A stretch of 40,705 nt of DNA from Candidatus Limnocylindrales bacterium. Lineage in GTDB: Bacteria; Chloroflexota; Limnocylindria; Limnocylindrales; CSP1-4. Under the pieces are notes generated by a model. It saw only the letters and a program-made list of their open reading frames with translations, made no database searches and was not told the origin of the DNA. Position 1 is the stretch's first letter. Every line of letters starts with the position of its first letter. Made by a program: the position numbers and the translations under genes. Location: contig JBEVDC010000068.1 in the NCBI GenBank assembly GCA_040514195.1, forward strand, positions 1 to 40,705, given 5' to 3'. Below, one piece after another: positions 25,628 to 33,939 of this stretch.

Positions 25628-26338
25628 TCAGACCCTGGCCGGCGCCGGAACGGGAACGGGTCGCAGTGCGGCGCCAGCCGTCAGCGCGTCGGCAAGGGCC
25701 GGGGCGAACCGTTGGGCGGCCCCGCGCACGCTGGCGGTGGTCGGTGAGGAGTCTGGCCAGCCCGCCTCGGCGGCGATCGAGGTGACGACCACGTCCGGCA
25801 GCCCGCATGGGTCGATGAGCGCGAAGGCGTCGAGGTCGGTGGTCACGTTGAGCGCGATGCCGTGGTACGTCACGCCCCGCTCGATGCGGATTCCCAGGGC
25901 ACCGATCTTGCGCGGCGCCGGCCCGTCGGGGCCGACCCAGCAACCCGGCTGGCCGTCGCGGCGGCCGGCCACCACGCCGTAGCTCAGGCAGGTCTCGGCC
26001 ATCGCCGCCTCCAGAGCCCGCACGAACGAGCGCAGGAGGATGCCACGCTCATCGAGGCGGACGATGGGATAGACGACCAGCTGGCCGGGCCCGTGATAGG
26101 TGACCTCGCCACCCCGCTCCACGCGGATGAGCTCGATGCCACGCCGTTCCAGGTCTGCCTGGGAAGCTCGGACAAAGCTCGGATCGGCCTGACGACCGAG
26201 CGTCAGCACGGGCGGATGTTCCAAGAGCAGGACCGTGTCGGGGATCGCGCCCGCCGCCCGGGCGGCGACCATGGCGTGCTGCCGCGCCCAGGCGGTGCGA
26301 TAGTCGATCCGGCCGAGCCATTCGACGGCGAGCTCCAT
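25628..26338 (-). CDS. lipB: octanoyltransferase (lipoyl(octanoyl) transferase)
   Basis: LLEHPPVLTLGR, RGGEVTYHGPGQLVVYPI, KIGALGIRIERGVTYHGIALNV. Confidence 0.92.
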   Translation of the reverse strand: MELAVEWLGRIDYRTAWARQHAMVAARAAGAIPDTVLLLEHPPVLTLGRQADPSFVRASQADLERRGIELIRVERGGEVTYHGPGQLVVYPIVRLDERGILLRSFVRALEAAMAETCLSYGVVAGRRDGQPGCWVGPDGPAPRKIGALGIRIERGVTYHGIALNVTTDLDAFALIDPCGLPDVVVTSIAAEAGWPDSSPTTASVRGAAQRFAPALADALTAGAALRPVPVPAPARV

Positions 26339-26430
26339 GCCCGCACGATACCAGCGTCGACGCTCAGTGCTTACGGCGACCTCGGTCGTGCTGCCGTGCT
26401 GGCGTGGCGACGAGGTTCAGGTCCGGTCGC

Positions 26431-28245
26431 CTATGGCGTCGGGTCGGGCGGCGGATCGGTCGGCGGCGGCTCTGTCGGCTCCGGCGTCGGCGCCGCCGTC
26501 GGTGGGGCCGTCGCGCTCGGGGGCTTCGGGGTTGGCTTCTTGGTCGGCTTCGGCGTCGGTCTCGGCGTCCTCGCCGGCGCACAGCTGCCGATGCCCTTGG
26601 TCGTCGCCTTGCCGGCCTTGGCCGCGGGCGCCTTGAACCTGGCCGGCGGCAGCGTGCCGGGCTCTGTGAAGAGCCGATCGGCCATGGCTCGGATGGCCTT
26701 GACGTCCGGGACCTGGATCGAGCCGCGGCCAGGCAGCTCGAGCGTGCCACGGACCAGCGGACGGCTGACGACCTCGCGGTAGGTGTCCTGGCGGTCGACG
26801 TCCTTGGCCCACTCGACGATGTCCGGTACCAGCTTGCGCGGCACGTTCGTCGAGACCGTCCGGCTCAGGGACTTGAGGAGCCCGATGGGGTCGGCGAGGA
26901 AGCCGCCGTTGACGAGGCGGTCGCGGATGCCGGAGAGGACCTCCTGCTGGCGCGCAGCGCGCGAGAAGTCGGACTCTCCGGCGGCATGGCGGACGCGCGC
27001 GTAGGCGAGGGCAGCCCAGCCGTCGAGGTGGTGGCGGCCGGCCGTGATGGAGAAGCCGCGAGGGTAGCCGCGCTCGGTGTAGGTCGGATCACAGAAGCCG
27101 CGCTGGACGCTGACGTTGACGCCGCCGAGCTTGTCGATGACGGTCACGAAGCCCGGCAGGTTGACGACCGCGTAGTAGTCGATCCTGACGCCGAGCAGCG
27201 TCCCGAGCGCGCCCTGGAGGACATCGAAACCCTGACCGTTGGCACCCTTGAACTGGCGGGGGTTGTGCCGCGCGTAGGACACGAGCGAGTTGATCTTTCC
27301 CGCGAACCGCCGGCCGTTGGGCAGCGGCACGTCGACCATGTCGCGCGGGATGGAGACCATCGAGACGGTCCCGGCGACCGGATCGAGCGAGGCCACGATC
27401 ATCGTGTCGGTCAGGTAGGTACTCCGAGTCGGGGCGGCGTCAACGCCGATGAGCAGGACGTTGACACGCTGGGGGCCCTCGGTCGGCGAAGGCGAGGCGA
27501 AGACCGGGAGGACGTCAGGGTCATCGTCGAATCCGGGCGTGCCGAAGGTCGGTGCCTCGGTCTCCGGGACCCAGGCCCCATCGGTTGCCTGGTCGCCGAC
27601 GAAGACGGTGTCCGCGGTCTGACGAGCCTGGTCTGTGACCGCCAGGACCAGGCCCTGGGGCACGACGATGAAGAGAACCAGCAGGCCGATAGGGATGACG
27701 TCACGGGCCCGCGGCTTGGGGTAGGCGGGATCCAGGACGCTGGCCGACATCGCCAGGAGGCGCCAGACGACGAAGAGGACCTGGAGGCCGATGATGCCCC
27801 AGATGACCTCGGGCTCGATGAGGGTCGCCGCCAAGCGGGCCGGACCCATGACCACCAGGGCGATCAGCGCGCCGACGATCAGGAGGATGACCGGCAGGAG
27901 GAAGAGCGCCGCCAGTGTCCGCCGGCCAGCGACAAGCTGGCCGAGGCCAGGGATGAGCGATGAGAGGAAGGCCGGCACGTAGCGTGAGACGTGCCTCTGG
28001 CGCGGGGCATCGCGAAGCGGCGATTCAGCCGGCAGGACGGGAGCTGGGATCGGCGTCTCGGGCCCCGGGGTCGGCGCGCTGGCGGCGCTCCAGGCGGGCG
28101 CCCTGCCGGCACCGACCTTCGCGCGCGTTGCCGAAGGGTTCGTCGTCGAGCGCTTGACCCGCGGGTTCGGCGTCGTCCCCTCGCGAGGCCGCTTCGGCGG
28201 CCTCGGCCCCGATCCCGCCGATCCGTCGTTCGGCGTATCAGTCAC
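26431..28245 (-). CDS. LytR-CpsA-Psr (LCP) family cell-envelope glycopolymer ligase with Pro-rich tails
   Basis: Pro/Arg-rich N-terminus and two or three helices. The LCP core reads VNVLLIGVDA...TDTMIVASLDP...VSMVSIPRDM. A LytR_C-like region follows, then the tail PRPTPKPTKKPTPKPPSATAPP... Confidence 0.85.
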   Translation of the reverse strand: MTDTPNDGSAGSGPRPPKRPREGTTPNPRVKRSTTNPSATRAKVGAGRAPAWSAASAPTPGPETPIPAPVLPAESPLRDAPRQRHVSRYVPAFLSSLIPGLGQLVAGRRTLAALFLLPVILLIVGALIALVVMGPARLAATLIEPEVIWGIIGLQVLFVVWRLLAMSASVLDPAYPKPRARDVIPIGLLVLFIVVPQGLVLAVTDQARQTADTVFVGDQATDGAWVPETEAPTFGTPGFDDDPDVLPVFASPSPTEGPQRVNVLLIGVDAAPTRSTYLTDTMIVASLDPVAGTVSMVSIPRDMVDVPLPNGRRFAGKINSLVSYARHNPRQFKGANGQGFDVLQGALGTLLGVRIDYYAVVNLPGFVTVIDKLGGVNVSVQRGFCDPTYTERGYPRGFSITAGRHHLDGWAALAYARVRHAAGESDFSRAARQQEVLSGIRDRLVNGGFLADPIGLLKSLSRTVSTNVPRKLVPDIVEWAKDVDRQDTYREVVSRPLVRGTLELPGRGSIQVPDVKAIRAMADRLFTEPGTLPPARFKAPAAKAGKATTKGIGSCAPARTPRPTPKPTKKPTPKPPSATAPPTAAPTPEPTEPPPTDPPPDPTP

Positions 28246-28299
28246 GAGCGGGAAGCCTAGCAGGCGATCGGGATTCCGGTCGCCGTTCCGAGTTCGACG

Positions 28300-28917
28300 T
28301 CACTCGGGCGGCGCGGTCTCCGTTCCGCGCTGGCGCATGCTGACGATGAGGAGGACGGGGGGCTCGTCGCCGATGCTCTCCGCGTCATGGGGGATGGTCG
28401 CGTCCCAGAGCACGTAGTCGCCCGGGCCGACCTCGACACTGTGTTCACCCTGGGTGAGGCGCACGCGGCCCTGCAGCACGATGTGATGTTCGTCCCCGGG
28501 ATGGGCGTGAAGACCCGTCGATCCACCGGGCAGGCCGGTCACCTGGACGATGCACAGCTCGCGCGAGACACCGCCGTCGACCTCCTCGACCCGGCCGCCT
28601 CCAGGCCCCCGCCACGTCCGTCGGTCCGAGGCTCGAACGACGCGGGGCGGTATCGAGCTGTCCTGGAGGAACCAGGCCGTGGGCACGTCGAGCGCGACGC
28701 CGATGGCGGCCAGCGACTCGAGCGATGGAGAGGCCTTGTCGTTCTCGATCTGGCTCAGGTAGCCGACGTTGAGACCACTCCGCTCGGCGACTTGTGCCAG
28801 CGTCAGGGCGCGCTCGGTCCGCCACCGCTTGACCTGTGGACCGACAGCCGGCCTCGAGCGCTCCGATGGCGCGGCGGCCCGCCCCGGCGAGCCGGCGATG
28901 ATCATCGGCTTGGGCAC
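28300..28917 (-). CDS. XRE-family HTH transcriptional regulator with C-terminal cupin domain
   Basis: HTH: LTLAQVAERSGLNVGYLSQIENDKASPSLESL. Cupin: GLHAHPGDEHHIVLQGRVRL...GDYVLWDATIPH. The start is taken at GTG 28917 (GGAGGA 7 nt upstream); the ORF is open to 28968. Confidence 0.85.
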   Translation of the reverse strand: MPKPMIIAGSPGRAAAPSERSRPAVGPQVKRWRTERALTLAQVAERSGLNVGYLSQIENDKASPSLESLAAIGVALDVPTAWFLQDSSIPPRVVRASDRRTWRGPGGGRVEEVDGGVSRELCIVQVTGLPGGSTGLHAHPGDEHHIVLQGRVRLTQGEHSVEVGPGDYVLWDATIPHDAESIGDEPPVLLIVSMRQRGTETAPPE

Positions 28918-28942
28918 GTTATGGTCCTCCACAAAACAGTAT

Positions 28943-28971
28943 TGACAAGGGGAAGCATCCGGGTGCAATAT
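28943..28971 (+). promoter_or_regulatory. candidate promoter of the F420-type oxidoreductase gene
   Basis: Perfect TTGACA (28943-28948), 17 nt spacer, CAATAT (28966-28971). Confidence 0.4.
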
Positions 28972-28982
28972 GGTCGCAGACC

Positions 28983-29011
28983 ATAGTCGATGGCCTTCAG
29001 CAAACTGTCAA
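28983..29011 (-). promoter_or_regulatory. candidate promoter of the XRE-cupin regulator gene
   Basis: Minus-strand perfect TTGACA (29011-29006), 17 nt spacer, GACTAT (28988-28983). It is a mirror image of the plus-strand promoter about position 28977. Confidence 0.35.
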
Positions 29012-29057
29012 GGCCTCGACATCGCGATCAGGGCCAGGGGCCCGGGAGAACCAACAC

Positions 29058-29675
29058 ATGACACTCGCCATCATCGGGGCCGGCAATGTCGGCCGTGCCC
29101 TCGCCACCTCCGCCACCCGCGCGGGCTATGACGTCGTCGTCGCTTCGACCGATCCAGAGGACGCACAGGCGGTCGCCGATGCGACGGGCGCCAGGGTCGC
29201 CGCATCCAACCGCCAGGCTGCTGCGGCGGCAGGGATCGTCGTCCTCGCCGTGCCCTATCCGGCCCTGGAGACGCTGATCACGGACCTGGCCGTAACGCTC
29301 AGGGGCAAGGTCGTCATCGACGTCACCAACCGGCCCATCCAGGCTGGACCCTCCATCGCCGAGGCCCTCCAGGCCAGACTGCCGGAGTCCCACGTGGTCA
29401 AGGCCTTCAACACCGTCTTCGCCTCACGTCAGGCGGATCCGATCGTGGATGGCGTCCAGGCCGACGCCTTCGTGGCCGGGGACGACGCCGACGCAAAGGC
29501 CGCGGTGCTTGCGCTGGCCAAGGCGATCGGCTTTCGAGCCATCGACGCCGGTGGCCTGGACGTCGCCGGCACGCTCGAGGGCATGGCCTGGCTGAACATC
29601 AGCCTAAACATGCAAAACGGCTGGGTCTGGCAGGACGCATGGAAGCTTGTCGGACCGACGTCCGCCGCTGCCTGA
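29058..29675 (+). CDS. NADP oxidoreductase, coenzyme F420-dependent family (NPD/F420:NADPH oxidoreductase-like)
   Basis: Rossmann N-terminus MTLAIIGAGNVGRALATSATRAGYDVVV, then VVLAVPYPA, VIDVTNRP, KAFNTVFA and AGDDADAK. GGGAGAA lies 7 nt upstream of the ATG. Confidence 0.8.
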   Translation: MTLAIIGAGNVGRALATSATRAGYDVVVASTDPEDAQAVADATGARVAASNRQAAAAAGIVVLAVPYPALETLITDLAVTLRGKVVIDVTNRPIQAGPSIAEALQARLPESHVVKAFNTVFASRQADPIVDGVQADAFVAGDDADAKAAVLALAKAIGFRAIDAGGLDVAGTLEGMAWLNISLNMQNGWVWQDAWKLVGPTSAAA

Positions 29676-29779
29676 GGCAGTGGCCGCATGGGCGGCCAGG
29701 CACTCCGGGCTGAGCGCCCAGCCTCCGCGCTCGCCCATCCAGACGCCCGAGGTCCCTCCACCTCCGGCGTCTCGCTCGG

Positions 29780-30733
29780 TCAGCCCTCGATCGTGCCCGA
29801 AGGGCTGGCGCTCGGGGCAGCGTACGGTCCGAACCAGCCGCGACCGCCGGGCTTGACGCCGCCCCCGACAACGGTCGAGGCGTCGATCGTGCCGTCGGCA
29901 CGCTGCGTGCCTTCCGCGGTGACGATCATGCCGACCTTGATGTCGGCGAGGCTGGCGCTCTGGCTGCCGACGATCTGATACGTCGTCGAGGCAGAGACAT
30001 GGATGGTCGTGGTGGATCCGTCGCGGCGTGCGACGGTGATGGTGTCACCGGTCTTGGCCGTCACCTGGCCGCCAACGCGGGGCAGCTGGATGCGGACCGT
30101 GACCGCGGTCATCGCGTTGTTGGTAGCTGACGTGCCCTGGACCACGACGCCGGTCCCGACCTTGAGGTCGGCGGCGCTGCCGGCCTTGGCGCTGCTCGAG
30201 AAACCGAGCGTATAGGCGGTCGTGCTGTTCGTCGTGATGGTCCAGGCCGTGCCGTCTCGCGCGGACAGCGTGAAGCGTCCAGAGCCCACCTCGGTCACCG
30301 TGCCGGCGACGGTCGGCACGACGACCACGATGGCGTCGATGGTGTAGTTGCCGGTCGCGGACGCGGTCTGGCTGAATCGGATGGTGTCGCCGACGTCGAG
30401 GTCGTCGACCGTGATGGCCTGCCCGGCCTCGGTGATGGTCGTCGAGCTGGTCACGGTGATCGTGCGGGTCCAGCCGTCGGTCGTTCTGAGTGCGAGGTCG
30501 TTGCCGTTGACGGCGGTGATGGTGATCTGGCCGCCACCTCCGCCGCGTCCGCCACGGACGATATCGCCCTCAAGGCCGCCGAAGCCACCGTCGTGGGCGG
30601 TTGCCACGGCGGCGCCGGCCAGGACGCCCGTCGCGGCGAGAACCACGGAGGCGATACGGATCGCGCGACGTCGCCTGGTAAGACCGGCCCGGGCGAACCC
30701 GGGCGTCACGTCTTGTGCTCGAAGTTGCTGCAT
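29780..30733 (-). CDS. secreted protein built from DUF5666-like beta repeats
   Basis: The start is taken at ATG 30733 (GGAGG 5 nt upstream); the ORF is open to 30745. The signal has an RRRR stretch (TRRRRAIRIASVVLAATGVLAGAAVATA). At least three repeats of the type G-x-VT-x(6-10)-TL/TV-x-RDG/TDG-x(3)-I-x(8-15)-DLKVG/DIKVG follow. Confidence 0.7.
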   Translation of the reverse strand: MQQLRAQDVTPGFARAGLTRRRRAIRIASVVLAATGVLAGAAVATAHDGGFGGLEGDIVRGGRGGGGGQITITAVNGNDLALRTTDGWTRTITVTSSTTITEAGQAITVDDLDVGDTIRFSQTASATGNYTIDAIVVVVPTVAGTVTEVGSGRFTLSARDGTAWTITTNSTTAYTLGFSSSAKAGSAADLKVGTGVVVQGTSATNNAMTAVTVRIQLPRVGGQVTAKTGDTITVARRDGSTTTIHVSASTTYQIVGSQSASLADIKVGMIVTAEGTQRADGTIDASTVVGGGVKPGGRGWFGPYAAPSASPSGTIEG

Positions 30734-30854
30734 TTGAGCCTCCATCTGGGGGGAAGGAGGCCAGTTGTAGGGCCTGACGCTGATGCCTTCCTGAAATGAC
30801 TCGCTATGGCTCTGGTCCGACTCGTGCGTCAGCCGTCAGGCGTGCCTGCCTCGA

Positions 30855-32216
30855 TCATGCTGCGGCATCCGCGCCGGCAGGCTCACCCACCTCGATCGGA
30901 TTGTTGATCGGATCCTGGCTCCATTCGAACCAGCCGCCGTCGTAGACCGCGATGCGCGGCCAGGCCATGAGATCGGCGTAGAACCACGTCTCGGAGGCAC
31001 GCCAGCCGGTCCCGCAATAGAAGGCAACCCGCTTATCCGGCGTGATGCCAGCGTCGTCCCAGTTGGCGGTGATCTCCGGGTACGCGCGCATCGTGTTGTC
31101 AGGGTTGCGGTAGTGCTGCATGTGATAGGCGTCGGTACCGCAGTTGCCCCACACGTCACCCGCGATGCGACCAGCGGGACCGATGTAGTTGTAGCCGCTC
31201 ACCTGGCCGATGTGCTCGTTCCAGGTCCTGACGCTGACCAGCGCCGCGCCGGACGGGTCGGCGATCATGGCCTTGGCCTCGTCGATGTCGACGATGAACT
31301 CGGGTCGTTCGGGGATGGCCTTGCCGAAGGCCGCGATCGGTCGGGGCTCGTATGGCACCGTGTCGATGGGATGGCCGGCGCCAATCCACCGATCGTAGCC
31401 GCCGTCGAGTAGGCGGACGTCGGTCACGCCGGCGTAGCGCAGGATGAGCGCCGCACGGGTTGCCGCGATCTGGCCGGCCCGCCGACCGGGCCACTTCTCG
31501 TTGGCATCGCCGACCGTGTCGCGCCCATAGACCACGACCGTCGTGTCGGGTGCGATGCCGAGGCGGAGGAGCGTGGCCTCGATCTCGGCCGGGGATCGGC
31601 GGTTCCAGGTGATCGGGTCCTCGAGCCAGTTGGTATCGAGATAGACGGCACCTGGCAGATGGCCCACGGCGTACTCCTCGGGCACGCCGAAGTTGACGTG
31701 CAGGACCACGAAGCCGTTGCCCTCATAGGTCTCGGGTGACTCGCCGTCGACCAGCTGGCGGACCCAGTCCGGGTAGACGAGCCGCTCGAACCTGGGTAGA
31801 CGCTCGACCGGCAGGCTCTCGTCCGCTGCCCAGGCTGCGAACCCTGGTTCGTACACGAGCACGTCGGTCAAGCCACGATCGAGCAGCCACGCCTGGAAGG
31901 CCGCGGCATCAGCTCGATCGCCGCCGTAGACGATGACCGTGCGTTCGGGCTCGATGGCCTTGTCGGTCAGCAGCCGCCCAAGCTCCACCTCATCGACCGT
32001 CGATCGCCAGGCGTCCGGAAAGGCGCGGGCGCCCGGCAGGTGGCCGCCGCGCGCCTCGCCGTCGAGCCGCCAGCCGTTGTATGCGGCCAATGATCGGATG
32101 TCGACCACGGTCACGTGTGGGTCGGTCAGTGCCTCGGCCAGCCCGCTCGTCGAGATCGTCGGTCTGGACCCCGTTCCAGCGTGACTCTGCGTCGTCATGT
32201 CATCTCCCTGCGTCAT
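30855..32216 (-). CDS. multi-domain rhodanese (thiosulfate/3-mercaptopyruvate sulfurtransferase family)
   Basis: Three rhodanese-like modules. The last has the catalytic loop FYCGTGWRASE and the C-terminal YDGGWFEWS. The ATG at 32216 has AGGA upstream; an alternative ATG at 32198 has GGGAG upstream. Confidence 0.85.
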   Translation of the reverse strand: MTQGDDMTTQSHAGTGSRPTISTSGLAEALTDPHVTVVDIRSLAAYNGWRLDGEARGGHLPGARAFPDAWRSTVDEVELGRLLTDKAIEPERTVIVYGGDRADAAAFQAWLLDRGLTDVLVYEPGFAAWAADESLPVERLPRFERLVYPDWVRQLVDGESPETYEGNGFVVLHVNFGVPEEYAVGHLPGAVYLDTNWLEDPITWNRRSPAEIEATLLRLGIAPDTTVVVYGRDTVGDANEKWPGRRAGQIAATRAALILRYAGVTDVRLLDGGYDRWIGAGHPIDTVPYEPRPIAAFGKAIPERPEFIVDIDEAKAMIADPSGAALVSVRTWNEHIGQVSGYNYIGPAGRIAGDVWGNCGTDAYHMQHYRNPDNTMRAYPEITANWDDAGITPDKRVAFYCGTGWRASETWFYADLMAWPRIAVYDGGWFEWSQDPINNPIEVGEPAGADAAA

Positions 32217-32231
32217 CGATCCTGTGCCCGG

Positions 32232-32264
32232 AAAACAAAAATCCCCTGCCTCTGTCGACAGGGG
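32232..32264 (-). terminator. canonical intrinsic terminator 15 nt upstream of the sulfurtransferase start codon
   Basis: Minus strand: CCCCUGUC (32264-32257), loop GACAGA, GGCAGGGG (32250-32243), then A UUUUU G UUUU (32242-32232). This is the only long U-tract hairpin of its kind I found in the window. Confidence 0.7.
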
Positions 32265-32472
32265 TGGGTCCGCCTAGCGGACGATCAAGCGAACGGACGC
32301 TCAGCGACGCCACCTCCCCTGCCCGAGGCAAGGACAACACGAAGCGCTCGGCCGCGCGATGGGGCTCGCGCGATGGAGCATGGTGTGGTGGTGAAGGCGG
32401 GCGCTCATCTGTCGGCGCATGGTGCCACAGGACGAGATCGCACGCAATCGCCCTGTGGTGATCGTGTCGGGC
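32265..32472 (-). promoter_or_regulatory. structured leader / candidate attenuator (unclassified), contains a 39-codon Cys-rich ORF 32420-32301
   Basis: A 208-nt non-coding stretch contains hairpins CCACAGG/CCUGUGG, GCGCGA/UCGCGC and GUCCGC/GCGGAC. CAGGGGAGGUGG (32321-32310) is complementary to the 5' arm of the terminator (CCACCCCUG, 32267-32259). Confidence 0.4.
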
Positions 32473-32739
32473 TCAGCTCCGTGGCTGGAGTCGGTGGCGG
32501 GTGCTGATCTCGACCCGCCCGCGCTCGTCGGCGGCCGGATGCTCGACGAGTGCGATCAGCCGATTGGCCATGAACCGGCCGGTCCGCACGGGTGTCCCCG
32601 TGCGGGTCACTTCGCGCACCTCGACCACGCCCCGGGTCGTGACCACCTCGATCCGGCGACCGGCCTTGGAGGCCACGATGTCGAAGGTCTGGACGCCTTG
32701 ACCGGTATCGACGACGGCCTCGACGCGATCTCCCTTCAT
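32473..32739 (-). CDS. hypothetical 88-aa protein
   Basis: ATG at 32739, 23 nt after the dehydrogenase stop; very high GC3. No motif recognised (MKGDRVEAVVDTGQGVQTFDIVASKAGRRIEVVTTRGVVEVREV...). Confidence 0.6.
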   Translation of the reverse strand: MKGDRVEAVVDTGQGVQTFDIVASKAGRRIEVVTTRGVVEVREVTRTGTPVRTGRFMANRLIALVEHPAADERGRVEISTRHRLQPRS

Positions 32740-32762
32740 GGCACCATGCTACTCGGCGATCG

Positions 32763-33935
32763 TTATGGCGCCTGCACCCGGTAGACCGCGCCGGACGAGG
32801 TGACCGCGTACAGCTCGCCACTCTCGCTTTCGCCGAACGACGTGATGTTCACGGAGGTGTTGGCGCGCTGCGTCTTCGTGGTTCCTGCGTGAGGCACCGT
32901 CCAGATGCGGCCGCTGCACCAGTCGGCGAAGACGTACTGGCCGGCGAGGTTCGGGTAGGCGCTGCCGCGGTACACGTAGCCGCCCGTGATCGAGCAGTTG
33001 CCGTTGCTGTGCGCGTACTCGAGGATGGGCAGCCTGTCGCCGGCCATCGGGCACTTCGACGGCCGGAAGCAGTGCTTGCCCTCCATGATGCTCCAACCGT
33101 AGTTCCGGCCACCCGTGAAGCCGGCCGGCTCGCGGTCGACCTCCTCGTAGCGGTTCTCCCCGACATCGGCGATGAACAGCTTGCCGGTGCCGCGATCGAA
33201 GGAGATCCGCCACGGATTGCGCAGACCGTAGGCCCAGATCTCGCCCCGACCGGGGATGGCGCCCTTGAATGGATTGGTCGACGGGATCGAGTACCGGTTG
33301 TACCGGCCAGCGCCCGTGCCGTTCACGTTGATGCGCAGGATCTTGCCGAGGAGCGTCGTCGACTTCTCCTGCGCGTCGTTGCCGGGATCCCCGCTCCCGC
33401 CGCCGTCGCCGACAGCGATGAACAGGTACCCGCTGGGGCCGAACGCCAGTGCGCCGCCGTTGTGGTTCGTCTGAGCGCTGTGCTCGATGCGCATGAGATA
33501 GCGGCCGCTGCCTTCGTCCACGTCCGTCCGGGCGGCGTTCGTCGTATACCTGGCCACGATGATGTCACCGCCGTTGCGGGTGTAGTACACGAACAGCCGG
33601 CGGTTCGTCTCGAAGTCGGGATGGAAGGCAAGTCCCAGCAATCCGCGTTCGCCGATGTTCGCCACCAGCGAGCGGATATCCATGAAATACCCAGGCAGCA
33701 CGGCGCCGTTCTGGATGACGCGGATGGTGCCCCGCTTCTCGACCACGAACAGCCGGTCGGTGCCGTCGCCGGCATTGGTGATCTGGGTCAGTGAGGGGAA
33801 GCCGCCAGCGACAAGACCGAGCGAGACCGAGAACGTCCCGGCAAGCGCGCCTGGAACCGCGACCGACGACGCGAGCGTCGCCGCCACGATGATGGCGCCG
33901 ATTCGCGTGCGGGAAAGCCGCCAACGGTCGTGCAT
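32763..33935 (-). CDS. PQQ-dependent (soluble glucose/sorbosone dehydrogenase-like) beta-propeller sugar dehydrogenase, secreted
   Basis: Signal peptide, then GLLGLAFHPDF, HNGGALAFGPSGYLFIAVGDGGGSGDP, LLGKILRINVNG, EIWAYGLRNPWRISFD, LFIADVGENRYEEVD and GRNYGWSIMEG. Confidence 0.88.
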   Translation of the reverse strand: MHDRWRLSRTRIGAIIVAATLASSVAVPGALAGTFSVSLGLVAGGFPSLTQITNAGDGTDRLFVVEKRGTIRVIQNGAVLPGYFMDIRSLVANIGERGLLGLAFHPDFETNRRLFVYYTRNGGDIIVARYTTNAARTDVDEGSGRYLMRIEHSAQTNHNGGALAFGPSGYLFIAVGDGGGSGDPGNDAQEKSTTLLGKILRINVNGTGAGRYNRYSIPSTNPFKGAIPGRGEIWAYGLRNPWRISFDRGTGKLFIADVGENRYEEVDREPAGFTGGRNYGWSIMEGKHCFRPSKCPMAGDRLPILEYAHSNGNCSITGGYVYRGSAYPNLAGQYVFADWCSGRIWTVPHAGTTKTQRANTSVNITSFGESESGELYAVTSSGAVYRVQAP

Positions 33936-33939
33936 CTGA

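Noticed and set aside
26431-26600. Repetitive GGCGGC/CCGxCG-rich DNA at the 3' end of the LCP gene, and the (GDGA)n-encoding 12-bp repeats at about 16955-17000.
   Set aside because: These are low-complexity coding sequence for Pro/Thr/Lys-rich and Gly/Asp/Ala tails. They are not CRISPR, REP or mobile-element repeats, and no spacer-repeat periodicity is present.
30739-30791. A possible SD-sequestering switch in the leader of the DUF5666 gene: GCCUCC (30761-30756) can pair with the SD GGAGGC (30743-30738). An upstream GGAAGG (30791-30786) can compete for the CCUUCC part.
   Set aside because: The stems are short (6 bp). GGAGG/CCTCC-type words are common in GC-rich intergenic DNA. There is no conservation evidence, so this is too speculative to list as a finding.
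32301-32420. The 39-codon Cys-rich ORF considered as a stand-alone product (RiPP precursor, metallothionein-like peptide or small protein).
   Set aside because: It has no SD and no neighbouring modification, cyclase or transport genes. Its 3' end coincides with the antiterminator arm. It is better explained as a regulatory leader ORF, or as no ORF at all.
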